Assembly (NCBI GenBank): GCA_019057635.1
Contig: DXJL01000206.1
Span: forward strand, 1 to 35,111
Source of the DNA: Candidatus Heimdallarchaeota archaeon
GTDB taxonomy: Archaea; Asgardarchaeota; Heimdallarchaeia; Hodarchaeales; Hodarchaeaceae
Reading direction: 5' to 3'
Length of the DNA: 35,111 nucleotides
Shown: positions 29,001 to 35,111 of the stretch, piece by piece
Layout: each line of letters opens with the position of its first letter
How positions within the stretch are numbered: position 1 is the first letter of the stretch
Position numbers and translations under genes: made by a program
The notes under the pieces: model-generated
What the model saw: only the letters and a program-made list of their open reading frames with translations
What the model was told of the DNA's origin: nothing
Databases searched by the model: none

Positions 29001-29221
29001 AGGTTATCATCACACAGGGTCAAGTGTAAAATCATGAGTATTGGGCGATTTTCGCGGATTTTCTATATGTAAATGATATCAATACCACTTTTTAAAATCC
29101 ACTTAATAAATGAGTCATTAAAGGTTATGACATTCTTTCATAAATTTCTTTCTTTTCAACAAACATTTCTTATTAGATATATTTTTTGTTTAGTAGAGAT
29201 TTTGTTTTTAATTGTATAAAA

Positions 29222-30037
29222 ATGAAGATTGATAATTGGATTGAGAGAGGATTAGATTCATTAAGCTCAGGTGATTTTTTCGATGGGATGCAGCTGATTG
29301 AAGGAGCGATAAGACGAGTATTTAGATCAGATCATCCTGATACAGCTTTGAGAATATTTAAAAGGACTAGTGAGATTTTAATTCCAGAAGGACTTGAAGA
29401 TTTATATTGCCAATTCATTTTAGGGACTATTCCTCTTTTCAAAAAGAAAGTCGGGAATATTGATTGGTTTGATCTTATCCCTGAATTATTGGTCATTTTA
29501 AGAGAAAACAACATACCTTTGTGCATTCCCAAGTTTATTAACAAAATGATTTTGGAAACGAAAATTGCTCAGGAGGATTTTATTCAAACAATGATGTTAA
29601 ATGTTGCTAAAAGAAAATATTCCAAAAAAGTTTTGGCAGATCTGTACTATTATCATGCTGGATTATTTGTTTCGAAACAGGAATATGTAAAGTGCTTTAA
29701 TGTTCTGAAAGAGTGGAATGACTTAATAGCTTCTTCTCCACGAGTATTAACATATTTAACATTAGCTGAGTTAAATGCTTATGAAATTGAAGGTTGTGGT
29801 AAGTATCTAGAAGTAGCCAAATCGCTCCCTGATACCTCTCCGTATATTGAACTAGCGAGTCACCTCTACAAATCAGTTGAAACAGGTAATTATGATTTAT
29901 ACTCATCAATTATTGTTGAATATACTGATATAGTCAATGCTAAACATGATGTATTACTCAAAGGTTTATGTGATGGAATATCCGATTTCTTAAAACCAAA
30001 AGGGAATAAAGGACTTTTCTCATTATTTGGAGGTTGA
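29222..30037 (+). CDS. Alpha-helical solenoid protein, probable Get4/TRC35 homolog
   Basis: N-terminal SLSSGDFFDGMQL and C-terminal SPYIEL...VETGNYDLY...Y...D...DGISDFLKPK..GLFSLFGG match the recalled Get4 pattern; start moved to the ATG at 29222. Confidence 0.6.
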   Translation: MKIDNWIERGLDSLSSGDFFDGMQLIEGAIRRVFRSDHPDTALRIFKRTSEILIPEGLEDLYCQFILGTIPLFKKKVGNIDWFDLIPELLVILRENNIPLCIPKFINKMILETKIAQEDFIQTMMLNVAKRKYSKKVLADLYYYHAGLFVSKQEYVKCFNVLKEWNDLIASSPRVLTYLTLAELNAYEIEGCGKYLEVAKSLPDTSPYIELASHLYKSVETGNYDLYSSIIVEYTDIVNAKHDVLLKGLCDGISDFLKPKGNKGLFSLFGG

Positions 30038-30547
30038 AATTACTTCAATTATCTTTTTTACAGCTTCTATTCCCGTTTCAGCATGATAAATTTGTTCTGA
30101 AACAGGAGGGTTTTGTAATGATCCCCGTTCGCCAATTTCCTGACTCCACCCAGGGATTGATGTGATACAAACTATTGGTCGATCGTAAAGAGCTGCATAT
30201 GCTAATTCTGAAAGGGTACCGATATTTCCACCACAAGCAATGACACCCTCTGATGCGAGGACAACGAGAGGATTTCGTCCCCAATGTAAAAAAGTAGGAA
30301 TTCTCACAGTTAAATAAGGAGATAATTCTTCATCTTCCACTCCTGCGGGAAGAATTCCAATCGATATACCTTTGGCATCGTATGCTCCTTTTGTAGCCGC
30401 TAACATCACTCCTCCTCTTCCACCACATATCAAAATTGAGCCAGAATGGGCAATTTCTTGACCAATTTCATATGCAATCTTGTATTGTAAGTCTGATCGT
30501 ATTTGTGAATCCCCAATAACTCCAATCTGCAATTTTCTCTTATTCAT
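30023..30547 (-). CDS. LOG/Rossmann-fold nucleotide-binding protein (TIGR00725-like)
   Basis: IGVIG, ICGGRGGVM, SIGILP, RNPLVV, GGNIGTLSEL; probable start is the ATG at 30547. Confidence 0.88.
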   Translation of the reverse strand: MNKRKLQIGVIGDSQIRSDLQYKIAYEIGQEIAHSGSILICGGRGGVMLAATKGAYDAKGISIGILPAGVEDEELSPYLTVRIPTFLHWGRNPLVVLASEGVIACGGNIGTLSELAYAALYDRPIVCITSIPGWSQEIGERGSLQNPPVSEQIYHAETGIEAVKKIIEVISTSK

Positions 30548-31109
30548 ACAATTCACTTTCATCAAAATAGGTCTTTTTTCCTTCTACTGAGGGTTTAATT
30601 TTTTTCTTAGAATTCGAAAAATTTATTTCCAACGAGTTTGGAATTAATTTCTCAAGAAATATAGCTAAGGAACCAACTTCAGAGTGTGGTTGATTTGTAA
30701 CGGCAATATTCCAATCTGCATAATGAAATACCTTTGCAGGTACTTTTTCTCCTCCTACAATTACTAGAAGTTGTTTTAATGCTTCTCTAGAAGATTGTAA
30801 CATTTTAAATTGTTCATTAGATTGAAAATCTTGTATGTTTTCGCCATACATTGTGAGATGTACTATTTTTCCCTTTTTTTGTTTCCAGTCCTCTAAGAAT
30901 TGAGTCCAATCTTCATAAGGGAGAAATTCAATTGAAAAATCTCCTCCCCACTCCGAAACTACTTTAAAAACTGATTTGATAATGTTTTCATCAGTTTCCC
31001 CCGCAATTCTAATACCTGCGGATCCAAAAGCACGAGCTACTAAGGCCAAATGAGTAGTAACTCGTTTATCACGAAAAATACGATGACCAAGTCGAAACAC
31101 TGTTACCAA
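30540..31109 (-). CDS. trm56: tRNA (cytidine(56)-2'-O)-methyltransferase (SPOUT, archaeal)
   Basis: RLGHRIFRDKRVTTHLALVARAFG, HLTMYG, VGGEKVP, NIAVTNQPHSEV. Confidence 0.95.
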   Translation of the reverse strand: MVTVFRLGHRIFRDKRVTTHLALVARAFGSAGIRIAGETDENIIKSVFKVVSEWGGDFSIEFLPYEDWTQFLEDWKQKKGKIVHLTMYGENIQDFQSNEQFKMLQSSREALKQLLVIVGGEKVPAKVFHYADWNIAVTNQPHSEVGSLAIFLEKLIPNSLEINFSNSKKKIKPSVEGKKTYFDESELYE

Positions 31110-31132
31110 GTAGTGTTCACTCTTTCTATGAA

Positions 31133-31711
31133 TTATCTCTTTAGGTGGTTACGAATCGTATGAGCAAGAGTATTAAATGATTCGTCAACGTTTTCACCAG
31201 TTTTTGCTGAAGTTTCAAGATAGGGAACTTTAAATCTTATATCATACTGACCCTTAATTTCCTCAATATAAGCTTGGACGTCTTCTGGTGTGACAGGATC
31301 ATCAACCTCATTACGAAGATCCACTTTATTTCCTAAAATGGTTATTGGCATTATACCTCTTCCTGAATTGCGATAGAGTTCTTCTATCCAAGAAGACAGA
31401 TTCGTAAAGGAATCACGTCTAGTAATATCAAAGACTAGAAGTCCACCATGCGACCCTTTGTAATATAATTCTCGAACACTATTAAAACGAGGTTGTCCAG
31501 CCAAATCCCAAATTTGGAACTTAACGCTTTTTTTTCCTTCTTCAGTAGAGATTTGGGTCTTCTTAACAGCAAAATCTGCGCCAATGGTCATCACATAACC
31601 ACTCGAGAATTGTTTCCCAAGATATCGTTCACGTAAAGCTGTTTTTCCGACTGCACCATCGCCTAATAGACAAACTTTCATCAATAACAATTTACAGGCT
31701 CCTATCTGCAA
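31133..31711 (-). CDS. Rab-like small GTPase
   Basis: GDGAVGKT, YVMTIGADF, IWDLAGQ, YYKGS, GNKVD, ETSAKTG; no CAAX. Confidence 0.93.
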   Translation of the reverse strand: MQIGACKLLLMKVCLLGDGAVGKTALRERYLGKQFSSGYVMTIGADFAVKKTQISTEEGKKSVKFQIWDLAGQPRFNSVRELYYKGSHGGLLVFDITRRDSFTNLSSWIEELYRNSGRGIMPITILGNKVDLRNEVDDPVTPEDVQAYIEEIKGQYDIRFKVPYLETSAKTGENVDESFNTLAHTIRNHLKR

Positions 31712-31915
31712 AACAATAGATTAAATCTGAATAGATATTGGGTATGAGATGAAGAACTAGATATAATTACGCCATAAATAGCCATTTTTTTAAAGAATTC
31801 GATATCCAATATTAATGGAATTAGCAGTGGAATTTCGTAGAATTGCATTATATTGGTTAACTAAATTAATGATTTATAAATTTCTGATTGTTTGGATCGA
31901 GAATTATAAGCGTTT

Positions 31916-32148
31916 CTGGAATAACTCACTCGTAACTATATTAGACGAGTTACCAGTCAAAAGCGAAGGGGGTAAGGCCAGTGGTTTTTGAAATTCGTGG
32001 AATCAAGCGAGAATGCCAACCCTATAGTAACAAGTAGTCCCTCGAAAATTAATTTTTCAGTTGAATCGTTTTTTTCCAGAATAGCGGGCATGTGACTCAT
32101 CCTGTCCAGAACGCGGTTTTACTGCGTTATCTGACAAATATAGCCATG
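31916..32148 (+). repeat. Copy 2 of the ~230-nt non-coding structured element
   Basis: Aligns with the reverse complement of 21722-21953; a TTTATAAA box lies at 31873-31880 just upstream. Confidence 0.92.
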
Positions 32149-32474
32149 AGTAGATGAATACTTCTTTCTATATAATAATAGAAAAGCAGAGAAGAGATTT
32201 TTGATTTGAATGAGCAATTAATTGATTTTACTTATTAGTAAAGATAACCCTGTAATAGTCGATTCTAGTTGAATACAAAAATAAAAAAGGTTTTGATTTT
32301 ATTTTCTATTTACTTCATTATGATATCTAAAAGAAAATAGGTTGAGAATCACTTTTAAGATTCTGATAGAGATTATTGATCACTCTCCTACGAATGTGTA
32401 TTATAATACAGTTACAAGCTTTATAGTTCATGATTCTCATAAAATACAGATATTGAGTAAGATAGGTAATAATT

Positions 32475-34766
32475 ATGGTCGGATTGAAAATTTCATCATC
32501 TGAGTTGAAAGATATTATCGACATCCTCGGATTATCTGAGGATGAACAGGGTGTTGTATATATAAACTTGCTATCATTGGGTATGGCGACTCTAGGACAG
32601 TTAAGTCTTGTCTCTGGCATTGATTTCATCCAAACCCAAGAGGTTTTGAATGTACTCATAGGTAGTAACTTGGTAAAACGCATACCTGGGAAAGTTGGAC
32701 GCTATATAGCTCTTCAACCCTTCTTAAAAGCATTTTTTCTATCTTATGACCCAATAACTCTCATTAATATCAGGAAAGAATCAAAGGACGCTTTTGAAAA
32801 GAGTACAGAATTCCTTCAAAATATTTTTAATCAAACAAGTGAGAAATTTAAAGAACATACTTCATCCTTAACCCAGGATTTTTCAGAAAACCTAGAACCA
32901 ATAACTGAAGGTTTTTCGACGATCTCAACTGACCAAAGAAATCTTGTCACGTCAATTAATGAGGCTATTCAATCGGATATTCAATTTGTAAATGATCAGA
33001 TACAAACTATTATTAAAAAAGCCTCGGAATTGTACAACCAAATCAATGATGAAAATATTGAAGAAATCGAAAAGCTTCCTGAGTTATTTAATAATATTCC
33101 AACAATAAAGAACCAGCTCCAGAATGTTCAACAGCAGATTTCCTCTAGTTTTGAGGAAATACGAGCAGGACAGGTCGAGAAAGCTGATGTAATTAACAAG
33201 GCTTTTGGGGAGGAAATTGTACGACATATGAACGAAAATCATCGTATCATGGAAAATTTTAATTCTAACCTAGCCAAGAATCGTGAAAGTATTGAAGAAT
33301 TTACGTATGAGACTAAGAACAAGCTAGAATTAATTAGGAATAATGCGAAGGCTACTCAACCCAAATTTCAAGAATTCCGTTCTAGTTATCATGATATTGA
33401 AGAGAACCTTCAAACCTTATTCTCATCAATCCCCCTCAAATTAAACAACATAGAAAATGTGATTTCAGACCTAACGTCAGAAATAAAAAATCGAAAAATG
33501 TTTAGAGGAAAAGAAGAGTTTATTGATCAACTTAAATTAGTACAAGAAGAGAAATTAGCTATCTCTCAACTTATTTCCTCTTCTATGGGTAAAGCTGATC
33601 TATTAAATAAACTTAATCAAGATTTGGCTGAAATTGAGGATAAAATTGTACATGCTACAGATGTGGGTATTGACTCAACAATTAGTGTGTTTGAAGAAAG
33701 AAGAAAATTGTTTCGAGAGCAATTAAATAACATAGAAAACGAATTTAACCTTAATTTAGGTAAAGAAGTTAATGATTCTTTGTTAACCATAAAACAGGGA
33801 CTTAATGATCAAATAATGACTTTAAAAACTGATTCAGACAACTTATTCAGAAAATTAATACAGGAACTAAAATCAGAATTAGAAAATTCTACGAAAATAT
33901 TTTCAGAGGTAATCTTGAAATCTATTAACGAGTTCAAACAAAATTTCAAAGTGAATCTTGAAGTAAGTAAGACTAAAGTTATCGAAGAGAGTGAACTAGT
34001 CCAAAAAATTGCAAATATCGGTGAATTAAGCAATCAGGTAAAAATGAATCTCAATAATGCCTCTAAGAGTATAATAGATCTTGATACATCATTAAGTTCA
34101 TATTTTTCAGGGTTAACGAATTTTACTTCCAACTATGCTGATGAACAGCTCAATACGTTCGTTTCCAACTTGAATGATTCAAAAATGAGAATCGATGAAT
34201 TTCTTGAGCAGACAGAGAGACAACTTGAACACGAAGTCTCTGCTTTGATCTTTACTATCAAGGAAATGAAACAGAAATTGAGCAAAGTAACAAACGTGAT
34301 GAGTTCTGTTGAATTAAGTGAACTAGATCCCTCATTACTGGACACCGATCTTGTGATTGGAGAGCCAGTTATTATTTTGCTCCTTCGAGACTTAACTGTA
34401 AGGACAAAATCGTCTCTAACTATACTTATGCCTCGTCCTGAATTACAAACTTTAATAGCTGCCTCTAAATTGCCGTTTAAGACTCGTGTAACTATTATTG
34501 GGGATTTCCTTAAAGTACCTAAAACCACTCTAAAAAAAGTTACATCTTCCTCCAATATTCGCTTAAAACAACTTGATGGTATTGAATTTTGGGGGTGTAT
34601 TCGAGATGCAGAAGAACTTCTGATTTGCCCTGAACCAATAAATCCAGAAAAAGAAGAATTAGTTGGAGTAATCACAACAAATGGAAATCTAGTTGACTTA
34701 TTCACACAAGAAATTATTACCTATACTACTAGAAGCAGGGAAATTCTCCCTTCTGATTTAGAATAA
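32475..34766 (+). CDS. TrmB-like wHTH protein with ~500-aa coiled-coil insert and C-terminal TrmB/PLD-like domain
   Basis: LGLSEDEQGVVYINLLSLG.AT.GQLS..SGI..L..L..LV.RIPG..RY.A.P N-terminus; long heptad region; C-terminal RTKSSLTILMP...FWGCIRDAEELLICP. Confidence 0.75.
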   Translation: MVGLKISSSELKDIIDILGLSEDEQGVVYINLLSLGMATLGQLSLVSGIDFIQTQEVLNVLIGSNLVKRIPGKVGRYIALQPFLKAFFLSYDPITLINIRKESKDAFEKSTEFLQNIFNQTSEKFKEHTSSLTQDFSENLEPITEGFSTISTDQRNLVTSINEAIQSDIQFVNDQIQTIIKKASELYNQINDENIEEIEKLPELFNNIPTIKNQLQNVQQQISSSFEEIRAGQVEKADVINKAFGEEIVRHMNENHRIMENFNSNLAKNRESIEEFTYETKNKLELIRNNAKATQPKFQEFRSSYHDIEENLQTLFSSIPLKLNNIENVISDLTSEIKNRKMFRGKEEFIDQLKLVQEEKLAISQLISSSMGKADLLNKLNQDLAEIEDKIVHATDVGIDSTISVFEERRKLFREQLNNIENEFNLNLGKEVNDSLLTIKQGLNDQIMTLKTDSDNLFRKLIQELKSELENSTKIFSEVILKSINEFKQNFKVNLEVSKTKVIEESELVQKIANIGELSNQVKMNLNNASKSIIDLDTSLSSYFSGLTNFTSNYADEQLNTFVSNLNDSKMRIDEFLEQTERQLEHEVSALIFTIKEMKQKLSKVTNVMSSVELSELDPSLLDTDLVIGEPVIILLLRDLTVRTKSSLTILMPRPELQTLIAASKLPFKTRVTIIGDFLKVPKTTLKKVTSSSNIRLKQLDGIEFWGCIRDAEELLICPEPINPEKEELVGVITTNGNLVDLFTQEIITYTTRSREILPSDLE

Positions 34767-34823
34767 GATCTGTTGTTAAGATGATCTATAAGAGTCTGTC
34801 AGGATTTTATATTCATAATGAAT

Positions 34824-35111
34824 CTAGGATCCGCTTTTTGATTTTTCTAGGGCGGATTTTATGGATTCATCATCTTCAGCAACTCTTTCTGTCGAAAAAA
34901 TAGTTATTTCACCGTTTTGGACCTCAAAATCAATGCGTCCCTTGGAATATTCAACAGTAAAACCACTTTTCTGTCTTCTGAGATATACATCGCCGTATTC
35001 GCTTAAAGCAACAATAAAACTCCCCGCAATGTTCTCTGTTGGCTGATCTACCATTTCTGTCTTGGGTACCTTCGTTTGTTCAGATTCTTTGGAAATCGGT
35101 AATTCTTCAGG
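34824..35111 (-). CDS. 3' part of a hypothetical protein running off the window edge
   Basis: The frame of the 76-aa ORF stays open to position 35111 (PEELPISKESEQTKVPKTE precedes the Met). Confidence 0.55.
   Translation of the reverse strand, partial: PEELPISKESEQTKVPKTEMVDQPTENIAGSFIVALSEYGDVYLRRQKSGFTVEYSKGRIDFEVQNGEITIFSTERVAEDDESIKSALEKSKSGS

Overview
AT-rich (roughly one-third GC) archaeal chromosomal segment that looks like Asgard archaea, plausibly Heimdallarchaeia/Hodarchaeales. This is inferred from archaeal housekeeping genes (Trm56, Elp3, Dph6, AglH/Alg7-type GPT, four-subunit 2-oxoacid:ferredoxin oxidoreductase, class III signal-peptide pilin, intron-less tRNA-Ala(GGC)) combined with eukaryote-signature-like genes: four Ras-superfamily small GTPases, a gelsolin-domain protein, longin/DENN-like proteins and a CdvA-like protein. 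Main discoveries: (1) a ~230-nt non-coding element present twice in inverted orientation 10 kb apart (21722-21953 and 31916-32148, ~87% identical), with compensatory base changes in a long-range helix, i.e. a candidate new structured RNA or non-autonomous element; (2) an unannotated helical protein (29222-30037) that aligns by eye along its length with eukaryotic Get4/TRC35; (3) a co-oriented cluster of gelsolin-X, Rab-like GTPase, MglA-like GTPase, TsaC and a longin/DENN-like protein; (4) a small GTPase paired with a GAP1/DENN-like protein fused to an Spt5-type KOW domain; (5) a recurring TTTGTCnGACAAA palindrome and two further structured intergenic regions. No transposase, integrase, CRISPR array or rRNA was seen. 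All homology calls are by motif recognition, not database search.
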